A DNA stretch of 64,000 nucleotides from the NCBI GenBank assembly GCA_965153455.1, contig OZ234493.1, forward strand, positions 33,098,213 to 33,162,212, read 5' to 3'. Within the stretch, counting starts at the first letter, position 1, and each line of letters opens with the position of its first letter. Below, in pieces: positions 1-11,943 of this stretch. The notes below the pieces were generated by a model. That model made no database searches. It was not told where the DNA came from and saw only the letters and a program-made list of their open reading frames with translations. Made by a program: the position numbers and the translations under genes. Source of the DNA: Sphagnum compactum (lineage: Eukaryota).

Positions 1-808
1 GGATATCAATATTTCAAAAAATCATGAAAAATCTTCATAGTGCCATGTGTTAAATTTTGATGGATGGATGAAAAATGATGTCACCATGACATTATGATTG
101 TAGTCATAGGGGAGTTGCATAATAGCTTAAAAGGAGTTGTTGCAACAAAGTTGTAATTGAGTTGTAATGAGTTGCACCGTATATACGATGAATTGTAATT
201 CTTGCAACTTGTCCGATATCATTCACAACGTATAAGTATGGTGAGTTGCAAGTGTCCAATGCAACTCAAAAATTGAGTTGTAAGGCTAGTTGCAAAACAT
301 ACTTTTTTTCATAATGCCAACTAACTAGGTATGTAAGTTAGGCTAAGCTATCAATGTACATAAGCTTACTAAATTTAATTTAACCTATTAGGCTTACCTA
401 ACTTAGTTTACCTACTAAGTTATAATAGCCTCTTCTAGCAACCTATTAACTACTAAATTAATTTGTATAGTTGGAATTGCAAAAAGATGTCAGGTGTCAT
501 CTAATCATTTATGTATAGTTACAAATATAGTTGCAAAAACAACTTAGTTGTCAACCATCAATGGATGACATATGTTCAATTTTCATCAATATTTTTATTT
601 AAACTTATGGTAGGTCACACATTGTAGTTGCATATATGACTAAAATTTGGATTTGTGAAAGTTTAGTTGCATGTACAACTATGAACATTTGCAACTAAGG
701 TGCCACATAGGATTGATACAAATATAGTTGCAAATTGAGTTGCCTTGGACATTAATTGCACATTAGTCGCAAACATTTGGTCGAAATGGACAAGATTTCT
801 TTTAGTGT
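1..808 (-). mobile_element. CACTA-like transposon terminal remnant
   Basis: Ends tttcttttagtg (reverse complement CACTAAAAGAAA) at 808, preceded by many tgcaact/agttgca subterminal motifs. Confidence 0.55.
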
Positions 809-1464
809 TTTAGTTGAAATTTGTCAATGCAATTTGGACATCAATGTCTATATGAACAAAAAGTGATTTTCCATTAAAGTAATTACAATGTGTTTTTAAA
901 TTCAACGTTTAAAACCAAATCTAGTTCTAAAACCAAAACAAACTTGGTTTTGGAACTAAAATTAAAACCAAAATTTTTGAAAATAATTTTTTTGGGAGGA
1001 AAGTTTGGAACCAAATGTTAACGAACAATTAATTATTACTTTTGAAATTGAGTTATTCATAACCAAAACCGAGTTTGATTTCCAGAATCAAAACTTGAAT
1101 TTTCTTTTCAAAAACCAAATGAAAACTAGACCAAAGGTTCGATTTTTTTGAACCATTGGAACCATTTTTTTTTCTTAAGAACTAGAATTAGAGATTATTC
1201 ATAAAATCAAGAACCACCCAACATTGATGTGAACTACATTTAATTGAACATTTTGTTTGTAGTGAAAACTAGAAGATTATGAAAAACATTGTGTCCACTA
1301 TACCCTACAAACACCTTAGATACAAAATGTTGAGAGGGGCGAACATGATTTGAAGCAATTGTAATTAGAAGAACATTTTTAAAAGACAAGTTTTCCTTTA
1401 ATTTGTGAATTGTTAAGTACACATGTACACAACTGTGAGGCTCTCAAGGAACTTGTGTTTGGGA

Positions 1465-1530
1465 TGCTTCCAAAGTTTGCTAGGAATCTTGAAACATTGG
1501 ATCTAGCATCCCTAGCAAACTTTGGAAGTA
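1465..1530. repeat. Short perfect inverted repeat (18-bp stem, 26-nt loop)
   Basis: cttccaaagtttgctagg (1467-1484) pairs with cctagcaaactttggaag (1511-1528). Confidence 0.85.
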
Positions 1531-3102
1531 ATTAAACATCAAACCAATTTTCTATCTAAGTAACTCCTAAACGTTTATTGCTTATCCTTGTAGGTGAAAC
1601 TATACACCTCATTATACAATACAACTTTCAATACTGCAAATCTATTTTTTTCACATCCACTTTGTGGAGTTTAACTCAATAAAAATTGCATCATTTGAGT
1701 GTTGTTACTTTGCTAAGTATTTTGCCTTGGCAATGTACTAATTTGCATGGTGTAGTAATGTGTATCTAGTATAATATGAATACATATCTTGTATTCATAT
1801 AGGTGTATAAATTAGTGTATTAATATGCTTATGTGTAGACTACAAGGAATGAAAACTATTGTGAAAGGATGTAACTAGTTTCTTGAGATCTCATGGCAAT
1901 GCTTAATGTAAACTTGTGTAACAACATTTAAGAATGTGGCTAGTTCATGAGAAGGAATTAAATTGCTTATCTTGACTCTAATTTCTAACGAAACCTACAT
2001 GCCATGTCTTCTCACATGTATGACCAAATGTGAGAACATTTGGAGTTCTTACAAAATTTACATTGTATGTGTAATAGTTGATGAGTTGCGTGAAGCAACA
2101 ATGCCTTCAAAAAAAGGGATGACCTATGAACCATAATACTCATGTATGCAAGATATCTTTGCTCGGCCATGTGTTGAAATTTTTTGGTAATGTGGTGATG
2201 ATGGGTGCCTTTGCTTACAATTTGTATTATAATCTTATGGGCTATATGTGCTCTTATAAAAAAATACATATATGTTGTCGTTGTTGGCAAGTTTGACATT
2301 AGTGCAAACTTTCAAATACAGAGCATGGAAACATGGGATGTGATGTAACAATAAGAGGTTCACTTGAATTCACACGTAAATACATTCATGTTTCTATGTG
2401 AAAATTGAGTCATCCTCAAAAATGATTGAAAGTTGTTCACTTTTGAATTTTTTCAAGGCAAATGAACAATGTTGGACATGTGCCAACACCCTAAACCTTA
2501 TTTTGTGTTACATGATGTAGAAAAAGAAGTGAAAGTGTTTCATTTGTGTCTTCCAAAATAGAAGTTAGCCATTCCCTTGGGTTTATTTTTAGGTTGCCTT
2601 CCCATCTTCAATTTTATATATAGTTGGACGGATCTATGTTGGGACTTCTCATACCAAGTTCAAGGCAGGGTTGGTGGAGAGTGAGAATGCAATTGTAGTA
2701 CAAGGTTTGAATCAAAGAGGTGCATTATTGTGACAAGGATTCTAGTAATTGTTTACATGGTCTCAAGGGGCTAATGGAGGAAATGCATTGTATTTTATAC
2801 ATGTTTTATGTGTGTAGCAACTATGGGATGTATATGATTACATCAATTGAAATCAAAGCTAATATATTTTAGCAAGGTAGCAAATGATCTCAAACCAAAT
2901 GGTTAGTTCTGTACTATGATGGGTAACTTTCCGAAATTGCCCATTCATTTTATTGTATGGGGACTTCATTTATTTCCAACCCACCTTGCGGATCATTATT
3001 TTTATTCACTATTGTTGTGGTTTTTATTTCTTTAACAAGTTGGTAGATGTCATTCTTCCTTCCGAAAAGCTGGAGTTGGTGATTTGGCTTCAAACATAAT
3101 CT

Positions 3103-6100
3103 TCATGTTTGCACTTGTTCCTTTGAAGATGAAATAGATGTTCCAAATACTTGGTCAAGTTTGCAATTGCTCCTTTGCCATCCAATTCGGTGATGATCGT
3201 TGTCATATACCCATAAATGTCCTTTCATACTCATAGCTTTCATCATGCCACCCAAAAGGAACATGGAATTAATTTAACATGGGGTGGCGGCATGACATTA
3301 GATTAGGGATCTTTGTACCAATCTCTTTTTGTAAAACTTGCAATGTTATGGAGGTGGAGATCTTTGTTTTATTACCAAAGGCTTTCCAAATTTCGCAATG
3401 ATGCCTATCTTACGGAGTTGGAGAATATTTGTACCACCAAGGCTTCCATCGACATCATCATCCTCTGTCTCCATTACCATGTTGAAGCACACCTCCCATC
3501 GGCCTTTGGTAGCCTACCAACATCCAAAAACTAGTTTGTCATTGGTCAACAAATTGAACAATTGATGTTTAGAAACAATCTGAAACAAGAATTGCTTCTA
3601 GTTTTGTAACAAGATACAAACTCTATTACAGTTGCTACTACCTTAGTCCAAGCCCTAATTGGTGATATGGTGGTAGCCAGAGAGGATTGATAATCATTGG
3701 TGAATCATGATGGATGGATGGTAGGTGGATAGGAAACAATTTTTGATTGGGTTCAAATTCCCTAGCTAACCATGGGTAGTTAGTTCAATTTACGTTTTTA
3801 CTACCTACCTGTTAACAACCCACTTGCACTTACTTATATACTAACAAATTATGTGCATCTACTTACTTACTTAGTAGTCACCTACTTCCTTCATACTTAC
3901 CTACCTATGTTTAGGACCTATCTTTTATAGGTTAGGTCATCAAGGTGAAAACCCCAACATCATCTCAACCCTTAACTATATAATTAACCATCTACATGTT
4001 TCTACTTATTTGCCTACTAACTTATCTACCTACTTACCCCTAGGACCTAATCCTTTACATGATAGGTTATCTTTAGTTTGTAGTGTGTGGAAACTACCCG
4101 GGCATCTACAAAGGCAAGGTTATCCGAAAATGCTTACTTTCCAACTGAGATAATCCTTAGGGTTTATACGAAATTTTGCAGATGTATCTTGAAGGTTTGA
4201 TTTTGCTGAAGCTGATTCAAAAGTGAGCTCTAACGACTGAAAATCCTTCCATGGGGTAAATCTAATTGGTCCTGTTCTGACCCCAACATGAACAAGTTTT
4301 TTCCCAGTCAGTAGTAGGGTCAGACTTTTAAACACCCACTTGAGAAAAAAAAAAGAAATGGGAGATGTGCAAAAGAACTTTATTAGGGTTTTCTTTGAAG
4401 GATTTGTTTTGAAATTGGGACCTAGTTCAATGTGAACATGATTGCAATTTTTTGTGAATTTCGGGCCTTAATTTTCCTTGTGTGGCTATGGAGTCTCATC
4501 TTTGATGTTATGAGATTCAATAGCATTGTAAGTCTAGTGTGAGGCATAGTTGATATTAATTTTTCTTCTTTCATTGGGCTTGGGCTTGAATTCTTGCAAG
4601 TTTTGCAAGTATGCCGATCTAGTGGCACATGACAAGATAATTGCAAAGGGAAATTGTGTAAGTGAAATGTTTACTCATCATTTTCATGTCTTGCACGTCC
4701 TGGATGAGTCCAACATACTCGACTCTCCTTCTTTGTCCGTGCAAAAGAATCCCTAATCTCCAAATACCCTTTTCTAGTGGCATGCTCCTTCAGCTGCTCC
4801 CTAATCAAAACACTTTTTTTCCTTCCCTTTTTCTTCCTTCTTTCCAAGCAAACCAACATTAACCCACATCTTCATTTTGTTTACATTGCTATCTAACTAT
4901 TGAAAAAAGATTTTGAACTATTTTGGGTAGTCTACTAGTGTTTGTGACGCAAGCAACATATTGAGTGTGATTGTTTTGTTATTTATCATTTGTCATTGTG
5001 TGATGGCTCTACTAGTGAATTTTTTTTTAAACAATTTATGTTGTCCTCCAACCAAAAAAGAGGAAATTTTGGGAAATTGTGTTTGTCAAGTGTAAATTTT
5101 ATTAATAATATTAGTATTATTAGTATTATTTTTGCACAAAAACTATCAGATGTGCTTTGATTCTGAAATTTAAGAAAACAGAACCAGAGGTTATTATATT
5201 AAAAAAAGAAATCAATTCAAAGAACCACATAACATGGGTTCAAACAAGTGGCTCATCATGTAATGCTTTGCCCCTTGCACCACATTAGAATAGGAAATTT
5301 TCCATTAAATTCTGATGCAAAGTGTCTTCCTTCTGGGTAGTGCTAACAAAATCAATGTGAGCACACAAAAAAAATCCACATTATCTAGAATTGGGCACTT
5401 TATTATGACATGGGGATTCCAATATGGTGAATTAACATGAAGGAGGCAAAGATACTCACAATGTTTGTTAACTTCTTGTATGCAACTTTATTCAAATACA
5501 TAACATCTGCGGCCGTATCAAATCCTAGATGTATTCTTCGAGTCGTCCCTCCATAGAAGTTCAATTTTTCAAACCCAGGATACTCAATAGAGAGCAATCG
5601 TGCCATATATATGGACTCCCTTTTACATTTCATATTAAAAACAAAGCACACAACAAGTTGTAATTTCAAACACTTTACACAAAAGTCATGTGAGAGAAGA
5701 AAACTAATAAACAACGAAACAAATTCAAAGTACTTCAGAGCCCATCTGCTTAGAGCACATCTGCCCGTGCACCTGGAATGTGAGTTATGAGGTTCACTCA
5801 ACTGGCAACCAAGAAAGTGCAGAACTGGAATGTGAGTTATGAGGTTCAACTCAACTAGCAACCAAGAAAGTGCAGAACTGGAATGTGAATTATGAGGTTC
5901 ACTCAACTAGCAACCAAGAAAGTGCAGAACTGGAATGTGAATTATGAGGTTCACTCAACTAGCAACCAAGAAAGTGCAGAACTGGAATGTGAGTTATGAG
6001 GTTCACTCAACTAGCAACCAAGAAAGTGCAGAACTGGAATGTGAATTATGAGGTTCACTCAACTAGCAACTAAGAAAGTGCAGAACTGGAATGTGAATTA

Positions 6101-9100
6101 TGAGGTTCACTCAACTAGCAACCAAGAAAGTGCAGAACTGGAATGTGAATTATGAGGTTCAACTCAACTAGCAACCAAGAAAGTGCAGAACTGGAATGTG
6201 AGTTATGAGGTTCACTCAACTAGCAACCAAGAAAGTGCAGAACTGGAATGTGAATTATGAGGTTCAACTCAACTAGCAACCAAGAAAGTGCAGAAAGGTG
6301 TTCCGAAGGTACATATAGGCCTATATGTTGGAAGGCAACAAAATATGTAATATAATTAAGGAGGTCTTGTCCAATATTGTGCTGATGCTCCCTACAATCA
6401 GTTATGTATACACATATGAGGAGCATACTTTTTAGAGATTCACATACCCGTCTTTTGCTGGACGTGGAATCATAGCTGCCCATGTGAAAGGTTTAAAGTT
6501 CGGTATCATCTCTGACCCTAAAAAAACATATCCCGCACCATTGGCCTTGACCTGGTGTACAGCCGTCATGCACATCCCTATTACATCCCCATGGATTGTT
6601 CCCCGAGTTGCCAATTGTGCTGGGAATGTAGTTCCGACCGCCTTGCCCAGTGCAAGCAGTCCATCGGTTGCAAGCTTCGTTTTATGGCCCATTTTGCTGT
6701 CCCTTCTTGCGGTGTATGCACATCTGCTACGTACAAAAGTGGCAACCCAAAAACCCAATAATAATCAATTGCCAACTAACCTTGTGCTTGGATGGATATC
6801 TATTAAAAAAATGGATGATTTCTTCCATTTTGACAAGGGTTTGATTTTGTGCTTGCATTGCCAATTTTGGCTTTATGAATTTCATGAGATTTTAATTTCA
6901 AAATGGGGATCATAAAGCATGGTCCCCTTGCCTTTGAAATATGTAATTCAATGGAGGGATTAGGGTGAAACCATGTGTAACAAGTCCATCAAAATTTTCA
7001 CCCTTTTTGGTGAATTGTTGGAACTAAAGAAATTAAGGTAATGATAATGTGACTTAAATTGATGGATGATGTTTCCCCGATCTATTTCAATTTAGGCTCA
7101 CATTGTTAACTTAAATTAATTTCAAAATCATTAATTTCAAAATCATCATTTTAAGTTCATTTATAAAGGGCAATTCAAAACCTCTAGTTGGAAAAAATCT
7201 CCAATATAATAACAACTTAACTTTAAAACACTTCTATGGGCTCTAGACTATTCCACAATTTAAGTTTTAATTCAATTATGGTATAGTCTACAACAAATAC
7301 GATCTTTAGATAGCACATGAGGTTTCCAAACTTTAAGGGGGCCTATGTTTCGGTGGTGAATCCTAAACCCTAAACCCTAAATAAGAGTTTTTCATTACCC
7401 AAGAGTTTTTGGTGCAAATGAATTATACCCACCCAAATGCCAAATTTGTTTGCAAAGTACTTTGGTCATTCAACTCAAGAGTAACCGAGTCATTGACAAT
7501 CACACCCTTAAAGAGTGATTTATCAGCATATTCGATGGCAAATAGACAATGGTGTTTCCCGGCTGCATTACACTTCAACTTCTCCTCTTGAAATTGTCTA
7601 CATGCTTTCTTGTCTCTGCAATCCAGTATTGTCTGCACTTTAGGTTTGAACAACCCATTCACACCCTGCACATGCAAAAGAAATCATTTCACAAAGGGAT
7701 GCAATTCCAAGCCAAAATATTGGACCTGGTAGGTTTTGGATGCTACTCTGATAGGTAGGTAGGTAGGTAGGTAGGTAGGTAGGTGGGTGGGTGATCGATA
7801 AATCCACAAGGATTATTATTATCTAGGGGAAATAATTTCTTGAAAATTCAAAAAAGGAGTGATGTTTAAAAGAATAGTTAAATGCACGACCATCATGGTA
7901 TGTATGATGTGTAGACAGGTGTTACCCACAATCACTAAACTTGATGATTTTTCCACAAGTCCAAAAGTCGTTAGAATGAAGTCATTTGTGAAAATACACT
8001 CACCACACTCGGTGATGTGCTTGGCCACTCACAATTCACCCAAGTGATGTCACTTCCCGTATCTACATCCAAGTAAAACTCTTTCGGAGGATCACCCAAA
8101 CGTAATTTAATGTGATATGTGTCTCTGCAAATCAAGAAACTCAGTGTTATTGAATAAATTGGTTCCTTTTTCTGCACTTGTCAAGTTTCACTCAGTTGAT
8201 ATTCTTATATATAACTTTTTTTTCTAATTTTTTTACATTTATAAATATTTATATTCTAAATTTTGGGTTTGTTTTTTTAATTCATATTTATATTTATAGT
8301 TTTTGTAGAAATCATGAATGGATGGGGAATGATAGAATGTTGTGATGGAGTTTTACTATTTGGCTCGGTTTCTAATTTTTATTAGACCCGAGGCAATACC
8401 AACCTTGTCCCAATACCTGCATGGTTGGGACACAAGAGGCACTACCACTGGTTTCTACAAGTTTTGCTTCTTCATGATTCATTAGAGAAATCCACAAATT
8501 TGCCTGGTGTTCACCCTATCTTTGGGCCTCCTTTCACCCCCATAACCCCATTTCAAGTGGTATACGCAAAGTAAAGAAATTTTATTAAATCTCAGTACGA
8601 GTTTTGAATTGCTAAAACTCAGCATTTAATGCACAAAGTTCGGGAGGAATCAGAGAAACTGTACAAGTAGGAGCAATGAAATTATACATGTAGGAAGCAA
8701 TGGCGGAGGTGCTCAGGAAAAAAGAAAGATGGTGAAACTCAGAAAACCATCAAAGTAGTTTTTTGATGCTTTTCCGAGTCCTCCCACTCCCCTTAAATGC
8801 TAATGTATTCAGATTTTGTTTGAATCTAACCCTGTTTTAGAATCGGAGTATTTCCTTACTTTACAGAGATAACTCTATTAAGTCATAAAATTTGTGCGAA
8901 AAAGGATGAAGATGAGCCAACCTACACTTCATCACTACTGGACAATGGCATTCCTCCATCAACACTCCAGGTTGGTTGTGGTGCTCCCATAAGGTGTCTG
9001 CTAGAAGCCATTTCTATTGTCTCTGCAAACTCACTAAGCAATGGAATACTTCGATTACTAAGGATTTCACTCGTGTGATATAGTCTGAACACTAGTGTGG

Positions 9101-9227
9101 GCCGACTTGGTTGCACTTGCAATAAGTCTCCTGAAGCAGCTGGTACCATATTAGTCTTCATCGGCTCAGCTTCAAGTAATCGCCAACGAGGTAGGAAATT
9201 GATGGCTATGGAGATTAACATAAACAT
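3103..9227 (-). CDS. A1-family aspartic protease, nucellin/Asp1/APCB1-like, 9 exons, ~520 aa
   Basis: Exons assembled by hand with GT-AG junctions and matching phases: 9227-8926, 8124-8004, 7665-7433, 6723-6448, 5619-5460, 4793-4675, 4276-4138, 3513-3435, 3236-3103 (1563 nt, stop TGA 3105-3103). Motifs: YHIKLRLGDPPKEFYLDVDTGSDITWVNC, IEYAD flap, LAFGC, TDGLLALG, VIGMC, GYVFLG, FDTAADVMYL, VCW, INPKDYL, VCFNM...SLGAMSMKGHLWVYDNDHHRIGWQRSNC. The start codon and signal peptide (MFMLISIAINF...LEA) are less certain. Confidence 0.9.
5772..6296. repeat. Intronic minisatellite, ~10 copies of a 52-53 bp unit
   Basis: Near-identical unit GAACTGGAATGTGARTTATGAGGTTC(A)ACTCAACTAGCAACCAAGAAAGTGCA starting at 5822, 5875, 5927 and onwards, inside intron 4 of the protease. 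Confidence 0.95.
7752..7792. repeat. (TAGG)n microsatellite
   Basis: taggtaggtagg... run grading into (TGGG), in intron 2 of the protease. Confidence 0.9.
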
Positions 9228-9519
9228 GGCAGCCACTTTCCAGCTTGGCCCTAGTTGCCTTCCATCAAGTCCAAAATCCTGGTCCAGGCATTGCCCATCA
9301 AATTAGTGTTGAAAAATAGTTCTTGGACTGAAGCCCGGCCCGACATGAGGCAAGAGCTGAGCACAAGACCAGAATCCCCAGAACCGCTCCATTCAAAATC
9401 CTTACCAAGCATGTAAAGATCTAGTAGAATTTTCAATACCTCTGATTTTTGTTTGCCAAGGAGATTCAGAGGCACCTTACACATAAGGCTCCTCAACTGA
9501 AACAACAAATTCTTGTGAA

Positions 9520-9745
9520 AAAAAAATGCACCCAAGTCACCAGATTTCAAGGAAAGTTGTTTTTGCTGAAATTATTGCCATATTCAGACAATAGGTTCCA
9601 GCTGGTCTCACCAAAATAGAGCACGATTCTTTAAATTTTTCTACTTTCCTCTCTGATCTAACCTGTAGCCAAATAATTCTTTCTTGTGGATGATCACCAG
9701 TGTGGCTACATCACACAATTGAAGAAAGAAAAAGAAAAAACCCTA
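9520..9745 (+). mobile_element. Partial copy of the hAT-type MITE family also found at 47282-47561
   Basis: Shares aagtcaccagattt(c/g)aagga...tttcctctctga...cctgtagccaaa...ttcttgtggatgat and an aaaaaaccct(a)g end with the URGT intron element. Confidence 0.7.
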
Positions 9746-10290
9746 GGATTCAGTGATGATCCAAGGTGTTCTATGATCTGGATTTACGTAATCTGAAGCA
9801 ATGCAATCAGCAGTGTGACTACATCACACAATTGAAGAAAGGAAAAAGAAAGAACCCTAGGATTCAGTGATGATCCAAACAAAGTGCGTTTTATAATCTG
9901 GATTTATGTAATCTGAAGCAATGCAATCAACAGCTGTCTGGCTACATCACACAATTGAAGAAAGAAAAAAGAAAGAACCCTAGGATTCAGTGATGATCCA
10001 AACAAAGTGCGTTTTATAATTGGGATTTATGTAATCTGAAGCAATGCAATCAATAGCTGTGTGGCTACATCACACAATTGACGAAAGAAAAAAGCAAAAA
10101 CCCTAGGATTCAGTGATGATCCAAACAAAGTGTGTTTTATAATCTGGATTTATGTAATCTGAAGCAATGCAATCAATAGCTGTGTGGCTACATCACACAA
10201 TTGACGAAAGAAAAAAGCAAAAACCCTAGGATTCAGTGATGATCCAAACGACATGTGTTTTATAATCTGGATTTATGTAATCTGAAGCAA
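9700..10290. repeat. Tandem array, ~5 copies of a ~115-122 bp unit
   Basis: Unit gtggctacatcacacaattgaagaaagaaaaaag-aaaccctaggattcagtgatgatccaaacaaagtgygttttataatctggatttatgtaatctgaagcaatgcaatcaa at about 9700, 9814, 9937, 10059 and 10181. Confidence 0.93.
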
Positions 10291-11149
10291 TTTTATTTTT
10301 TGTGGATTCAGTAACCTAATAATGCATGTCAACATTAACAAGAGGACAATTGATTTGGTGATCCAGTAATTGGAGTTTAAAATGTTGCACATGGGTTGTT
10401 GTGTTGTACCTGTTCTGTATGCTCTGCCGCATGCTGTTCCATGAGCCCTTCAGCTAAGCATTCCATCCAGTTATGATTTGTGGCTTTACCTCCTCAAGAG
10501 CATAATACACATGGATTTCTAAATCTCATGTTCACAAGGCAGTCCGGTCTCTGCAACCCACTTGCAAGCTTTTCCTCTTGATTGGGTTGCAAGCGTTTTC
10601 CTTTTGATTCCGATCATGTGACTCCTCAACAAACCCAAAACGATTGATCATTTCATACAGAAGTTTTGCATATATGTGAATGGAGTTAACTCCAGGATCA
10701 AGGAGCAAATAATGTAACAAGTTTTAATTGTGTAATAACAATTTGTGCAAACCCCAAGTTATGGAAGTAGAAGGTCATTTGGGGTAAGTGTTCAGGCAGG
10801 AAGAATGGTCATGCAGCTCCACATTGTTTGCAGATGCAAAAAACCAGAAGAAAAAAAAAGCCAAAAAGTTGTTCACAACATCAACCCTTGAGATCTCAAA
10901 CCCTACAATTCTCTAACAAGCTCTGGCAGACTAATGCCCTAGTTTAGTGCATTAGACCTAATCCACCATTAACCCACCATCTACACTAATTGCCTCTACC
11001 TGGTAATCAATAAGTGGCTCAACCCTAGTACAGATTAAGCTTTGCTTGTAGTGTTGTGGTGAAATTTTTTGCAATAAAAACTTGACCTAAAATATATTAG
11101 AGCACAATCCACCCACACATATGTGGGTCTCTTCATGGTTAAGTAATTA

Positions 11150-11943
11150 ATTAACTAACTAGTTTGCGACTAAGTTGTTTAGCTGCAAATTAGGTTGCAA
11201 CTAAAAAATAATCCCATATGCTTTGTATTCCATTTCCATTTTGTAAACTATATAAGAAAAGGTGTTTTGTTTATATTTTCATATCAAAAAAATGTGCCAT
11301 TTGGAATAAGCCAATCAAAAAGGCTTAACCTTAAAAGCTAAATTCAAAATAAAATAAAAATATTTACATACCTATCCCCTAACTTATTTACATCCCTAAC
11401 CTAGGTAGGTAGGTAGATCTACCTAATGACCTACTTAGTCCTATTTACCTATTTACCTAGATATTGATTTAAATTTATTATGGCCAAAATTTAATTTAAT
11501 TTTCATGAATTTTGCCCAAATAATGCCATATGGCATAATCCCATTAAAGTAAATTTGCCACGTGGTAGAATTTCATTGCAACAAATTATGTCACATGGCA
11601 TAATTCCATTGAAAAATGTCATTACATAGTAAGTTTTTTAAAATAAATGATGAAGAGTTTTTAACATCTATTATCTTACTAATTGGTAATTAATGAATGA
11701 GTTATATATTAATTGCAAAAGTTGTGGACCAGTTGTAATTGCATATGGATAGTCAATAGATGAAAATGTGTGTATTGACCATATACATCATCCACATGAA
11801 ATGTGTTGACATTATTGTGAGGTGCAACTTCATGTTGAATGCAACATCACTTCAGCAATTAATATATTTTTAATTGTTGAATATTCATTACAAATTATTT
11901 ATAGTCACAAATTATAATCACAAATTAATTTTTTCTTTTAGTG
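11150..11943 (-). mobile_element. CACTA-like terminal fragment, homologous to 40817-41460
   Basis: Ends ttttcttttagtg. The reverse complement of ~11220-11330 (aggttaagcctttttgattggcttattccaaatggca) aligns with ~41290-41330 (gggttgagcctttttcattagcccatcccaaatagca). agttgc motifs are present. Confidence 0.6.

Noticed and set aside
4422-4646. ORF as an additional protease exon
   Set aside because: Splicing in the required phase hits a stop, and exon 4793-4675 joins 4276-4138 in frame without it.
5772-6296. CRISPR-like array
   Set aside because: Units are contiguous with no unique spacers, lie in a eukaryotic intron, and no cas genes are present.
7361-7380. Telomere or interstitial telomeric array (also near 58169)
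   Set aside because: Only 2-3 CCCTAAA units; these are common telo-box-like motifs, not an array.
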